Shown: piece after piece, positions 1-8,749 of the stretch
Layout: each line of letters opens with the position of its first letter
How positions within the stretch are numbered: the first letter of the stretch is position 1
From: Corallococcus exercitus
GTDB taxonomy: Bacteria > Myxococcota > Myxococcia > Myxococcales > Myxococcaceae
Length of the DNA: 64,000 bases
Reading direction: 5' to 3'
NCBI RefSeq assembly: GCF_042231735.1
Contig: NZ_CP102577.1
Location: 2,783,281-2,847,280 of the forward strand
Program-made: the position numbers and the translations under genes
The notes under the pieces: model-generated
Databases searched by the model: none
Told to the model about the DNA's origin: nothing
Seen by the model: the letters and a program-made list of their open reading frames with translations, nothing else

Positions 1-2015
1 CCGCGGAGCAGCACGCGCTTGAAGCGGCGGAGGCCGCGCTGTCGGCCGTGCACAGCCGGCTGGAGCGGGTGCGCTCCGAGCTCGCGGCGCTTCGCGGCCT
101 GACGCCCACCTGGCCCGCCCAGCGCAAGGGCCACCCCCCGCGCGAAGCCCCGCTGACGGCGATGCTGTCGCTCACGGGCTTCGTGGACGCGGAGCTGGCG
201 GAGCTGCAGGCCCAGGAGCTGGACCTGGAGCGGCGGCACCGCGACGCCACGAACGAGCTGGAGCTGCGCCGCCGACGCGTGCAGGAGCTGTCCTCCGCGC
301 GCAGCGTGGACCGGGCCCAGCTGTTCCGCGCGGCGCTGCTGACGCTGTCCGGTCCCATCCCGGCGGACCGGGATGCACGGCTGGTGCTGGAGTACGCGGT
401 GGCTGGCGCGCGCTGGGTGCCCACCTATGACCTGCGCCTGCCTCGCACGCTGGAGGAAGGCACGCTGCGCATGCGCGCCGCCGTCATCCAGCGGACCGGC
501 GAGGACTGGACGGGGGTGCGGCTGGCCGTCTCCACCGCGAGCCTGGAGCGGCGCGCGGAGGTGCCGGAGCTGAAGTCGCTGCGCATCGGCCGCAGCCAGC
601 CGCCGCCCGCGCGCTCGGGGTGGCGTGAACCCGCGCCGGGCCTGGAGGAGCTGTTCGCGGGCTACGACGCCCTGCACGGGGGTTCCCCGGCACCGGGGTT
701 CCAGAAGCCCCCACCGCCCATGGCCCCGCAGTACGAGGAGCCCCTTCCGGAAGCGGATGAGGACGACTACGAGGAGCAGGAGTCCTACAAGGAGATGGCC
801 ACGTTCGGAGGCGCGCCAGGAGGTGCGCCTGGCGCGTCCCGCCCGCCTCCGCCGCCTGCCCCCATGGCGGCACCGAAGTCCTCGGGAGCCTTCCTCGGCG
901 GTGCCCGGCCCTCTCCCAGCCGCAACATCACCGGAGCCATCCCCGCCGCGCCGCCGAGCATGTCCGCACCGGCGCCGGACCGGGGCGGTGGCGGCATGGA
1001 GCGCATGCGCAGCAAGAAGCGCGCGGTCATGGAGGTGGAGGAGAGCCTCGATGACGCCCCGATCAAGGACCTGCTGGGCGACGACGACGACGATGGCGAC
1101 GCGCTTCGCCGTGCGGCGGGACTGGAGCCGGCGGACAGCCTGTTCGACTACGACTCGCTGACGCTGGCCTCCGCGGCCTCTCCGCGGCAGCGGGGCCGCC
1201 TGCGCCCCCGTCCCGCGCTCATGTCGCAGGCGATGCTGTCCATCACCTCCGTCAACGTGCAGGTGGAGGTCGTGCGCCTGGAGGCCCAGGCCTTCGTCTT
1301 CGCCGAGTCCGTGAACACCGTGGAGCCCCCCATCTGGTCGGTGCCGCCGCGCGACTCCGCCCGGTACTTCGACGCGCGCTTCGACGCGGAGGCCGTCGCG
1401 GACGTGCCGTCCGATGGCGCCTGGCACACCGTGCCCATGCTGACGGTGCCCCTGGAGTTCAAGGCCGAGTACGTGTGCGTGCCCTCGGTGGAGCCGCGCG
1501 TCTTCCGCACGGTGCGCCTGGACAACGCCTCGCCGCATCCGCTGCTCGCGGGGCCGGTGGACGTGACGCTCGGGGACGAGTTCCTGATGACGTCCCCGCT
1601 GCCCACGCTGGGGCCGGGTGAGACGCAGCGGCTGGGCCTGGGCGTGGAGGAGGCGCTCCAGGTGGCGCGCAACACCCGCTTCGAGGAGGCCACGGGCGGC
1701 ATGTTCGGCAACAGCACCGTGCTCACGCACCACGTCTCCGTGGAGGTGGCGAACCACCTGTCGCGTCCCGCGAGCATCGCCATTTCCGAGCGCATTGGCG
1801 CGGTCCCCGAGTCCCAGAAGGACCTCAAGGTGGAGGAGGCGGAGGTGGTGCCGCCCTGGCAGAAGCCCACGCCCCTCCCGGGTGAAGAGGTGGTGGAGGG
1901 CGAGCGGGTGTGGCGCGTGACCGTCGCTGCTGGAGAGAAGCGTTCGATGAAGGCGACGTGGGTCGTGAAGCTGCCCGCCAGCAAGATGCTGAACGGCGGG
2001 AACCGGAGGACGTGA
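1..2015 (+). CDS. DUF4139/DUF4140 (MuiA 'mucoidy inhibitor'-like) family protein, 5'-partial. The reading frame stays open back to nt 3, so the gene starts upstream of the window.
   Basis: 655-aa ORF with an N-terminal coiled-coil (AEQHALEAAEAAL...) and a long Pro/Ala/Glu-rich low-complexity linker. C-terminal motifs (WVPTYDLRLP, VDVTLGDEFL) are typical of the myxobacterial DUF4139 family. GC3 is very high in this frame. Confidence 0.7.
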   Translation, partial: AEQHALEAAEAALSAVHSRLERVRSELAALRGLTPTWPAQRKGHPPREAPLTAMLSLTGFVDAELAELQAQELDLERRHRDATNELELRRRRVQELSSARSVDRAQLFRAALLTLSGPIPADRDARLVLEYAVAGARWVPTYDLRLPRTLEEGTLRMRAAVIQRTGEDWTGVRLAVSTASLERRAEVPELKSLRIGRSQPPPARSGWREPAPGLEELFAGYDALHGGSPAPGFQKPPPPMAPQYEEPLPEADEDDYEEQESYKEMATFGGAPGGAPGASRPPPPPAPMAAPKSSGAFLGGARPSPSRNITGAIPAAPPSMSAPAPDRGGGGMERMRSKKRAVMEVEESLDDAPIKDLLGDDDDDGDALRRAAGLEPADSLFDYDSLTLASAASPRQRGRLRPRPALMSQAMLSITSVNVQVEVVRLEAQAFVFAESVNTVEPPIWSVPPRDSARYFDARFDAEAVADVPSDGAWHTVPMLTVPLEFKAEYVCVPSVEPRVFRTVRLDNASPHPLLAGPVDVTLGDEFLMTSPLPTLGPGETQRLGLGVEEALQVARNTRFEEATGGMFGNSTVLTHHVSVEVANHLSRPASIAISERIGAVPESQKDLKVEEAEVVPPWQKPTPLPGEEVVEGERVWRVTVAAGEKRSMKATWVVKLPASKMLNGGNRRT

Positions 2016-3574
2016 TGCGCACTTCCATTCTGTTGCCCCTGGTCAAGGTGACGGTCCTGGAGGACCGGGCCCTCATCGAACGCAGCGGCGCGGTGCGGCT
2101 CCCCCCGGGCCCCTGCCGCCTCGTGGTGGACGGACTGCCGGCGGTGGCGGTGGACCGCTCGCTCCAGGCGAAGCTCACCGGCGGCGTGGTGACCCAGGCC
2201 AGCCTGCGCCGCACGATGCGCGCGGTGCTGCCGGAAGCGCTGCGTGAGCACCACTCGGAGCTGGCCAGACGCGCCTTCGAGCGCGAGCAGGTGCTGGCCC
2301 GCGCCCAGGCGGAGGTGCGGCGCCTGGAGGCGAAGCACGAGCTGCTGGAGACCGCGCGCCAGGACGTGCTGCGCGCCATCTCCGAGCGCACCGGCGCCGG
2401 AGAAGCCGATCCCGCGAAATGGAAGGAACAGCTCGCGACGGTGCGCAAGGAGCAGACCGCGGCGGACGATCAACTGCGGCAGGCCCGCCGCGACCTGGGA
2501 CGCCTGGAGCGGCAGCACATCCAGGAGACCCGCGACGTGCTGGCGCGCACGGAAGCGCTGGAGCCCACCGTGGACGTGCGCGCGGAGCTGGACGTGAGCC
2601 ACGCGGCGGGCGGTGAGACGACGTTGACGCTCAGCTACCTGGTGCCGTGCGCCGCGTGGCGGCCGGCCTACCGCGCGGTGCTGGGGCTCGCGGAGGCGGC
2701 GTCCTCGGTGACGTTGGAGTGCGAGGCCGTCGTCTGGCAGAACACCGGCGAGCCGTGGAAGGACGTGACGCTGGCCTTCTCCACGGCGCGGCCCACGCTG
2801 GGGGCCACGCCGCCCCGGCTCACGGAGGACTGGCTGACCCTGCGGGACAAGACGTCGCGCGAGAAGCAGGTGGTGGACGTCTCCCTCCGCGAGGAGTCGC
2901 TCCAGGAGACGGGCGAGGCCGGCACGCCGAAGGCCGCGGACGCGCTGCCCGGCATGGACGACGGCGGCGAGCCGGTGACGCTGTCCGCGCCGCACAAGGC
3001 CACGGTGCCGTCGGATGGCGAGGCCCACCGCGTGGCGCTGTTCTCCTTCACCGCGCCCGCCACGTCGGAGCTGGTGGCCTGTCCGGAGCAGTCCCCGCTG
3101 GTGCACCGGGTGGCGCGCTTCGACAACACGGGGCCGGCGGTGCTGCTCGCGGGGCCGGTGGACCTGGTGCGCGCCAACGGCTACGTGGGCCGCGCGCAGC
3201 TCAAGTTCGCGGGCCGGGGCGAGCGCGTGAAGCTGGGCTTCGGCAGCGAGGACTCGCTGCGCGTGTCGCGGCAGGAGGACGTGGGCGAGGAGGTCGCGCG
3301 CATCACCGGCCGGCGCACGCGCACGCAGAAGGTGAAGCTGTTCATCTCCAACATGGGCGCGAAGCCCGCGGCGCTCGCGTTGGAGGAGCGCATGCCGGTG
3401 TCGGAGGTGGAGGCGGTGGAGGTGACGATGCTCAAGGACGCCACGAAGCCCGCGCCCACGAAGGTGAGCGAAGAGGGCATCGTGCGCTTCGAGTTGAGCG
3501 TGCCGCCGCGCTCCCGTCAGACGGTGACCTTCGGCTTCACGGTGGCCCGCGGCGCGAAGGCCGCGGGCCTGTAG
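2015..3574 (+). CDS. DUF4139 family protein, a tandem paralog of the upstream gene.
   Basis: The start ATG overlaps the upstream stop (TGATG at 2013-2017) and GGAGGA sits 5 nt upstream. It shares the architecture of gene 1: coiled-coil, then PAYRAVLG / VLLAGPVDLV motifs paralleling WVPTYDLRLP / LLAGPVDVTL. Confidence 0.75.
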   Translation: MRTSILLPLVKVTVLEDRALIERSGAVRLPPGPCRLVVDGLPAVAVDRSLQAKLTGGVVTQASLRRTMRAVLPEALREHHSELARRAFEREQVLARAQAEVRRLEAKHELLETARQDVLRAISERTGAGEADPAKWKEQLATVRKEQTAADDQLRQARRDLGRLERQHIQETRDVLARTEALEPTVDVRAELDVSHAAGGETTLTLSYLVPCAAWRPAYRAVLGLAEAASSVTLECEAVVWQNTGEPWKDVTLAFSTARPTLGATPPRLTEDWLTLRDKTSREKQVVDVSLREESLQETGEAGTPKAADALPGMDDGGEPVTLSAPHKATVPSDGEAHRVALFSFTAPATSELVACPEQSPLVHRVARFDNTGPAVLLAGPVDLVRANGYVGRAQLKFAGRGERVKLGFGSEDSLRVSRQEDVGEEVARITGRRTRTQKVKLFISNMGAKPAALALEERMPVSEVEAVEVTMLKDATKPAPTKVSEEGIVRFELSVPPRSRQTVTFGFTVARGAKAAGL

Positions 3575-3588
3575 GGAACCCCCACGCC

Positions 3589-4353
3589 ATGCCCTTCGCG
3601 ACGAAGTCCGGCCGCCGCATCCACTACGAGGTCCAGGGCCACGGCCCTCCCCTGCTCCTCTTCCACGGCCTGCTCCAGCTGGGCTCGCACTGGTCGCTCA
3701 AGGGCTACGTGCCCGCGCTGACGGACGCGTACACGGTGGTGACGTTCGACTCGCTGGGGCATGGCCAGAGCGACACGCCGCACGACCTGGAGGCCTACGG
3801 GCTGCGGCACCGGGTGGAGGACGCGCTGTCGGTGCTGGACACGCTCTCCATCGACCGGGCGCACGCGTGGGGCTACTCGATGGGCGGCTGGACCGTGTGC
3901 GGCCTGGCGTCCTTCGCGCCGGAGCGGCTGGCGTCCTACGTGGTGGGCGGGTGGGACCCGGCGGTGGGTCTGCCCGTGGCCTACGCGGCGCTGGAGAAGC
4001 AGCTCCGGCCGGGGAAGGACGTGGACTGGTTCCAGGTGCTCCTCTTCGGCGCAAGGCGCGCGCCGGAGCTGGCGGAGGCCATCGACGCAGGGGACCTGGA
4101 GGCGCTGCGGCTGTGCCTGAAGGCCTGCGAGAAGTCGGCGGGCCTGGATGAGGCGCTGGTGCGGTCCGGACGGCCGGGGCTGCTGTACTGCGGCGCGATG
4201 GACCCGTATCACGACTCCATGAAGGCCGTGGCCGCGCGGGCCGGCGCGGCGTTCGCGACCATCGAGCACGCCGACCACGGCGGGGCCTGGGCGAAGGCAC
4301 CCAAGGTGCTGCCCCACGTCCTGCCGTTCCTTGAGTCCGTCGCGCGGTCCTGA
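3589..4353 (+). CDS. alpha/beta-hydrolase fold protein
   Basis: HGxxQxG-like N-terminus (LLLFHGLLQLGSHW) and a GYSMGG nucleophile elbow. Length ~255 aa. The 568-aa ORF 2647..4353 in the track is only an upstream extension of this frame. Confidence 0.8.
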   Translation: MPFATKSGRRIHYEVQGHGPPLLLFHGLLQLGSHWSLKGYVPALTDAYTVVTFDSLGHGQSDTPHDLEAYGLRHRVEDALSVLDTLSIDRAHAWGYSMGGWTVCGLASFAPERLASYVVGGWDPAVGLPVAYAALEKQLRPGKDVDWFQVLLFGARRAPELAEAIDAGDLEALRLCLKACEKSAGLDEALVRSGRPGLLYCGAMDPYHDSMKAVAARAGAAFATIEHADHGGAWAKAPKVLPHVLPFLESVARS

Positions 4354-4881
4354 TCAGTTCGCGGACTGGATGGCGATGACCCGGACGTCGAAGTTGGCGG
4401 CGTCCTTGCGGATGCCATGGAGCCACGCCTCGCCCTGGCCGAACATCACGCCCTGTTCGTTGACGAAGAGGTCCGCGTAACGCTGCCGGGTGATGACCTT
4501 GGCGATGGCCGGGGTGACGATGGCGTCGTAATGCCTCACGAACGCCGCGCCGTCGGGCAGCTTCACCCTCCTGCCGCCGATGTTCGCGGTGAAGGGGTAC
4601 GCCACCAGGGCCGCGACCGCCTTCGCGTCGCGCGCGGCCACGGCCCTCTGGAACGACGCGAAGGTCTGCGCATACTTCGCGGGCTCACCGAGGACACCCT
4701 GGATGCGCGCGTTGACCGCGGCGATGTCTTCAGCGGTCCCGGCATCTGGAGGCACGGCGACGAGGTTGGGTGCGGCCGGCGGCGCGGTGGACCGTGGGGA
4801 AGCCCCTGGCGGATCCGTGCGTGGGCAGGCCGTCGAGGACACGAGGACGACGGCGGCAAGCCGCGGAGGTTTCGTCTGCAT
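4354..4881 (-). CDS. secreted/lipoprotein of unknown function
   Basis: N-terminal signal (MQTKPPRLAAVVLVSSTAC) with a lipobox-like STAC. 175 aa with high GC3. Confidence 0.55.
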   Translation of the reverse strand: MQTKPPRLAAVVLVSSTACPRTDPPGASPRSTAPPAAPNLVAVPPDAGTAEDIAAVNARIQGVLGEPAKYAQTFASFQRAVAARDAKAVAALVAYPFTANIGGRRVKLPDGAAFVRHYDAIVTPAIAKVITRQRYADLFVNEQGVMFGQGEAWLHGIRKDAANFDVRVIAIQSAN

Positions 4882-4949
4882 GGTCTTCCCCCCGCCAGGA
4901 CCGACAACGTGATCCTGGCAACGTCAGACTTTACAGAACCCAATTCCTC

Positions 4950-6122
4950 TCAGCGCATACCCTGCACCAGGGTCTGAAGCTGACGTCTCGCGGCCGACTC
5001 CGGAACGCGCCGGATTAGTGCATCGCGGACAAAGCGAGCAGCCGTGTTCTCCCACTGGGCCATCTGTCCCATCTGGCGTGAACGCACGACGAACTCATTG
5101 GCACGCTTCACCCGGCGGGACTCGTAGACGCGCAGGGCCTCCTCCACGCTGCCCGGGGCCGCGAGGCACTCCCCGAGCACGACGCCGTCCTCGATGGCCT
5201 GGCAGCCGCCCTGCCCCAGGTTCGGGGTCATCGGATGCGCGGCGTCGCCCAGGAGCGTCACGCGCCCCTTGCTCCAGCGCCGCACCGGCGGACGGTCATG
5301 GATGTCCGTGCGCAGGACCCGCTCCGGCGACGTGGCCGCGATCATCTGCGCGATGGGCGCGTGCCATCCGGCGAAGCGCTCCTGGAGCACGGCGAGCGTC
5401 TGGCCCGGCGCGTCCTCCGACCCCTGCGGCGCATTCAGCGTTGCGTACCAGTACACCTCGCCATGGCCGATGGGCACGATGCCGAAGCGGGCCCCGGGCC
5501 CCCAGGTCTCCGTGAAGTGGCCGTCCTTCACCAGGTCCGGAGCCACGCAGATGCCACGCCAGCTGGTGTAGCCGGAGTAGCGCGTGGGCTGCGCGCCCAG
5601 CAGGCGGGCCCTCACGGCGGAGCGCAGGCCATCCGCGCCCACCAGGACGTCGCCGGAGACGGTGCCGCCATCGGACAACGACACCGTGACGCGGGCGCCG
5701 TCATCCTGGAAGTCCGTCACGGAGACGCCCAGCCGCACGGCCTCTTCCGGGCCCGCGTGGGCGCGAAGGACGGCCTGGAGGCGGGCGCGGTGGATGGACA
5801 CCATCGGAGCATCCAGGTCCACCTGGAGCGAGCGCGCGTCGAAGCCGGTGATGCGAACTCCCGCCGGGTCGAGGATGAGGGTCTGCTCGGCGCGCTCGCC
5901 CTCCGCGACCACCGCGTCACACAGGCCGATGCGGCGCAGGGCGACCGAGGCGTTCATCTGCACGGTGATGCCCGCGCCCACCGGCCGCAGCGCATCCGCG
6001 CGTTCGAACACGGTGGCGCGGACTCCCGCGCGACGGAGGGCACAGGCCAGCGTGAGGCCTCCAATGCCGGCTCCAGCGATGAGGACGTGACGGGACGACG
6101 GGGACGTCATGGCGGCCTCCAT
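4950..6122 (-). CDS. FAD-dependent monooxygenase (salicylate hydroxylase / UbiH-like aromatic hydroxylase family)
   Basis: GxGxxG dinucleotide fold (IAGAGIGGLTLA), a DG motif (VGADG), and the GDAAH...G(Q)G FAD fingerprint (LLGDAAHPMTPNLGQGG). Confidence 0.85.
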   Translation of the reverse strand: MEAAMTSPSSRHVLIAGAGIGGLTLACALRRAGVRATVFERADALRPVGAGITVQMNASVALRRIGLCDAVVAEGERAEQTLILDPAGVRITGFDARSLQVDLDAPMVSIHRARLQAVLRAHAGPEEAVRLGVSVTDFQDDGARVTVSLSDGGTVSGDVLVGADGLRSAVRARLLGAQPTRYSGYTSWRGICVAPDLVKDGHFTETWGPGARFGIVPIGHGEVYWYATLNAPQGSEDAPGQTLAVLQERFAGWHAPIAQMIAATSPERVLRTDIHDRPPVRRWSKGRVTLLGDAAHPMTPNLGQGGCQAIEDGVVLGECLAAPGSVEEALRVYESRRVKRANEFVVRSRQMGQMAQWENTAARFVRDALIRRVPESAARRQLQTLVQGMR

Positions 6123-6140
6123 ACGGGCCGGCGCTGGCGT

Positions 6141-6989
6141 TCAACCGAACCAGCGGCCGGAGTCAGGAGCAAAGACTCGCACGCGTTCGAGCAGCGCCGC
6201 CGGCAGACGGGCCTGGAGCGTCGCGTGGACCTGCGCGGGGCTGTAAGCCTGACTGAAGTGCATCAGGACCAGGGCCTCGTTCTGGAAGCGGTCCGCCATG
6301 GAGGCGATCTCCTCCAGGTGGATGTGGGCGCGCTCCTGCGCGTCGCGGACGGTGCGCTCCGCGTCGATGAACGTGCATTCGAGGATGAGCACGCGGCTGT
6401 CGAACAGGGACGGCTGGCGCTCCAGCACGTTGGAGAGGGTGTCGGTGCAGTAGGCCAGCTCCAGGCGTTCGACCTCGTCGAACAGGGGCTCACCGGCCTG
6501 GCGACGGCGGCCGATTTCAGCGGGAGGCAGCTCGCGGTACTCGGGCTTGAGCTTCGCGACGCGGCGGAGGAACTGGTAGCCCAGCGATGGCACGGGATGG
6601 TGCGTGCGGAAGGCGCGGACCCACAGGTCCTGCTGCACCTTCACGGTGTCGCCGGGACGCAGGGGAACGGTGCGGATATCGGACTTCATCCGGTGCAGGC
6701 GCCCCAGGGCCGCGAGCGCCTCCTGCACGGGCGCTTCAATCTCCGCCGGCAGGTAGACGAACGGCGGCCCCTTCCCCACGAGCGCGCGGATGCCCAGGAG
6801 CGACCCCAGCGCGCTCGCATGGTCCGCATGCCCATGGCTGAGGAAGATGCGGTCGGTGGTGGCGAAGGAGCGGATGGGGATGCCCGCGTCGAGCAGCACC
6901 CCCAGCTCCGGTACCAGGAGCGACGTGTACACGCCGCCCACGGACACACCGCGCACGGTATAGGGTCCCGCCTGCACCTCGGTCAGCAT
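6141..6989 (-). CDS. MBL-fold metallo-hydrolase (RNase Z / beta-lactamase-like)
   Basis: HxHxDH motif (LSHGHADHASALG). Start chosen at MLTEVQ with GGAG upstream; a start at 7052 is also possible. Confidence 0.75.
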   Translation of the reverse strand: MLTEVQAGPYTVRGVSVGGVYTSLLVPELGVLLDAGIPIRSFATTDRIFLSHGHADHASALGSLLGIRALVGKGPPFVYLPAEIEAPVQEALAALGRLHRMKSDIRTVPLRPGDTVKVQQDLWVRAFRTHHPVPSLGYQFLRRVAKLKPEYRELPPAEIGRRRQAGEPLFDEVERLELAYCTDTLSNVLERQPSLFDSRVLILECTFIDAERTVRDAQERAHIHLEEIASMADRFQNEALVLMHFSQAYSPAQVHATLQARLPAALLERVRVFAPDSGRWFG

Positions 6990-7027
6990 GCACGGCAGCT
7001 TATGCGGACTCCGGGAGGAAGACGTCC

Positions 7028-7828
7028 ATGCGGTTGAGCCTGCGGCGGACATGGCTTCTCGCGATCACGGTGCTGCTCCAGTCGTGTGGAGGCGCGCACC
7101 GGCGGATTCAGTACGACTTCGACAGCGCGACGAACTCCTGCAGGACCCAGCCCGCCTACTGCGCTCAGGCCGCGGGAGAGGAGGCGGTGATTCCCCGGGC
7201 CGTGCGGACGTTCGCGACAGCGGGAGGCTCCGCGGCGGCGGCCGTGAAGCTCCTGGATGCCGCGCTGAAGCAGCAGGTGAAAAAGGCGCTGGAGGAGTGC
7301 GCGGACAAGGCGCGAGCAGCGGTCATCCTCGCGAACTTCGGGACCCGAAGCCCGACGCCGCAGGAGTGCAAGGAGGAGGTCCGCGACGCACAGGGCCGGA
7401 CCATCACCCGAGCCATCAAGCTCGGAAACGAGATGCACCGGGTCGCCTTGCAGTGCGCCATGGAGAAGCTGAACGAACTCCGTCCGGGTGGTTTCAGTCT
7501 TGAGCCCACGTATCTGTATGACCTGTCCAGTGGGAAGACAACCTGGCTATCACCCGCCGAAGTGGCTCGCATCCGGCAGCGTGGCAGCCTGGGAGAATTG
7601 AAGGGGTCTCTTGTTCCCGACGTGGTCCTTCACTCGGGTGACCCGGCGTGGGTTCAAGATGTTTATGACTTCAAGTTCCCCTGTACGGATATCGACAAAC
7701 GGCCACGTTGGCGAAAATACCCACCGGGACATCCCTATGACGGCTTGACCCAGAATGAGGTCTACCGCCAGGCGTTCGGCCTGAGAGAGGTCCTTCAAGT
7801 GAATCCCTATCTCGGAGCTGGACTGTAA
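7028..7828 (+). CDS. lipoprotein with a C-terminal PD-(D/E)xK-like motif; putative polymorphic nuclease toxin
   Basis: Lipoprotein signal plus lipobox (LLQSC|GG). The C-terminus carries E..(VPDVV)..(DVYDFK), which fits a restriction-endonuclease-fold catalytic core. The gene lies in a locally low-GC stretch (~7.38-8.1 kb). Confidence 0.45.
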   Translation: MRLSLRRTWLLAITVLLQSCGGAHRRIQYDFDSATNSCRTQPAYCAQAAGEEAVIPRAVRTFATAGGSAAAAVKLLDAALKQQVKKALEECADKARAAVILANFGTRSPTPQECKEEVRDAQGRTITRAIKLGNEMHRVALQCAMEKLNELRPGGFSLEPTYLYDLSSGKTTWLSPAEVARIRQRGSLGELKGSLVPDVVLHSGDPAWVQDVYDFKFPCTDIDKRPRWRKYPPGHPYDGLTQNEVYRQAFGLREVLQVNPYLGAGL

Positions 7829-7831
7829 GTC

Positions 7832-8725
7832 ATGAGCCACTCACCACTTCAGATGACGCGTCGAGGTCGAATCGTCACGCAGGTCGGCTTGAGCCTTTGT
7901 TTTTACCTTCCCAAACCCACGTTGGACGTCAATCAGGCGGTTTCTGAATCACTGCAGACGTACCTTCACGCCATCTCGCCCCAGCCGTTCACGCACTACT
8001 CGGATGACGAGGGTGAATGGCAGGAGCTGGACGCAGCCGGCTGGGCTGTGATTCACGAGAATTTACAACAGCCGCTCAGATCAATCGTCTTGCTCACCAA
8101 CGACACCGCCTATCCCAACGGATACGAGTTTCATTACGACGGCAAGGACATCCATGCCCCCATCTTCCGTCGCGACCCAGGTCCCGTGAGCGCGGTTCGA
8201 TTTGTTCTTCCGCTGTCATGGATGAGCACCCACGGACCCGACAGCGTCCGGAAGCTGGCGCTGGCCCTGGCGGCACCGCTGCCATTCAGCTCAGGACACG
8301 CGGGACTGGCCGTCACCGGCTTCCTCGGTGTGGGCTCGGTCACATCGGAGCTGGTTCCCCAATTGGTCCAGTACCCCGGTGTCGACCTCATGGAGCTGGA
8401 TCTGGTCTCCTCGGCGATCGGCACCCGCCTGCGCGTCCCGCACTGGATGACGTTCATCGGCGAGCCTTCGCTGGGCGCCATGGGAGGCGTGGACTTCCTG
8501 CGCTCCCAGCTCCACACGCCGGGCACCACCGTGGAAGCCCTCGACGCGTCCCGGGCGGTCGTCACCCTGGGCCCTGAACCGCTCGCCGGCGGTCCGGACC
8601 AGCCGCTTCTGGCCTACCGGGAGCTGGCCCGTGTCCTGGAGCCCTGGGCCTTCCACGCCACCCAGCGTCCCGCGGACTTTCCCGACGACGACTTCTTCCC
8701 GTGGGACCGCCGGTTCCTCGACTGA
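7832..8725 (+). CDS. cytoplasmic protein of unknown function; putative cognate immunity protein
   Basis: Starts 4 nt after the stop of the putative toxin gene. No signal peptide. Its 5' half is low-GC like the toxin gene. No recognisable catalytic motif. Confidence 0.4.
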   Translation: MSHSPLQMTRRGRIVTQVGLSLCFYLPKPTLDVNQAVSESLQTYLHAISPQPFTHYSDDEGEWQELDAAGWAVIHENLQQPLRSIVLLTNDTAYPNGYEFHYDGKDIHAPIFRRDPGPVSAVRFVLPLSWMSTHGPDSVRKLALALAAPLPFSSGHAGLAVTGFLGVGSVTSELVPQLVQYPGVDLMELDLVSSAIGTRLRVPHWMTFIGEPSLGAMGGVDFLRSQLHTPGTTVEALDASRAVVTLGPEPLAGGPDQPLLAYRELARVLEPWAFHATQRPADFPDDDFFPWDRRFLD

Positions 8726-8749
8726 ACCGGCGTCCCTTCCGGGCGCGGT

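Noticed and set aside
1148-3106. 652-aa ORF on the minus strand, antisense to the two DUF4139 genes
   Set aside because: Extremely Arg/Gly/Ala/Pro-rich and low in Lys, Ile, Phe and Tyr. This is a typical open antisense frame in 70% GC DNA. It overlaps well-supported genes completely.
2647-4353. 568-aa ORF extending the hydrolase frame 940 nt upstream
   Set aside because: The upstream part is Gly/Arg/Ala noise overlapping the DUF4139 gene. The real alpha/beta-hydrolase begins at ATG 3589, just after the upstream stop.
6588-6604. sigma-54-like TGGCAC-N5-GGTGC element
   Set aside because: It lies inside and antisense to the MBL-hydrolase coding sequence. The -12 element is poor (GGTGC instead of TTGCW). 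Likely chance.
5235-7037. 600-aa plus-strand ORF spanning the monooxygenase and MBL genes
   Set aside because: Antisense artefact with R/G/A/H-rich composition. Both minus-strand genes have clear catalytic motifs.
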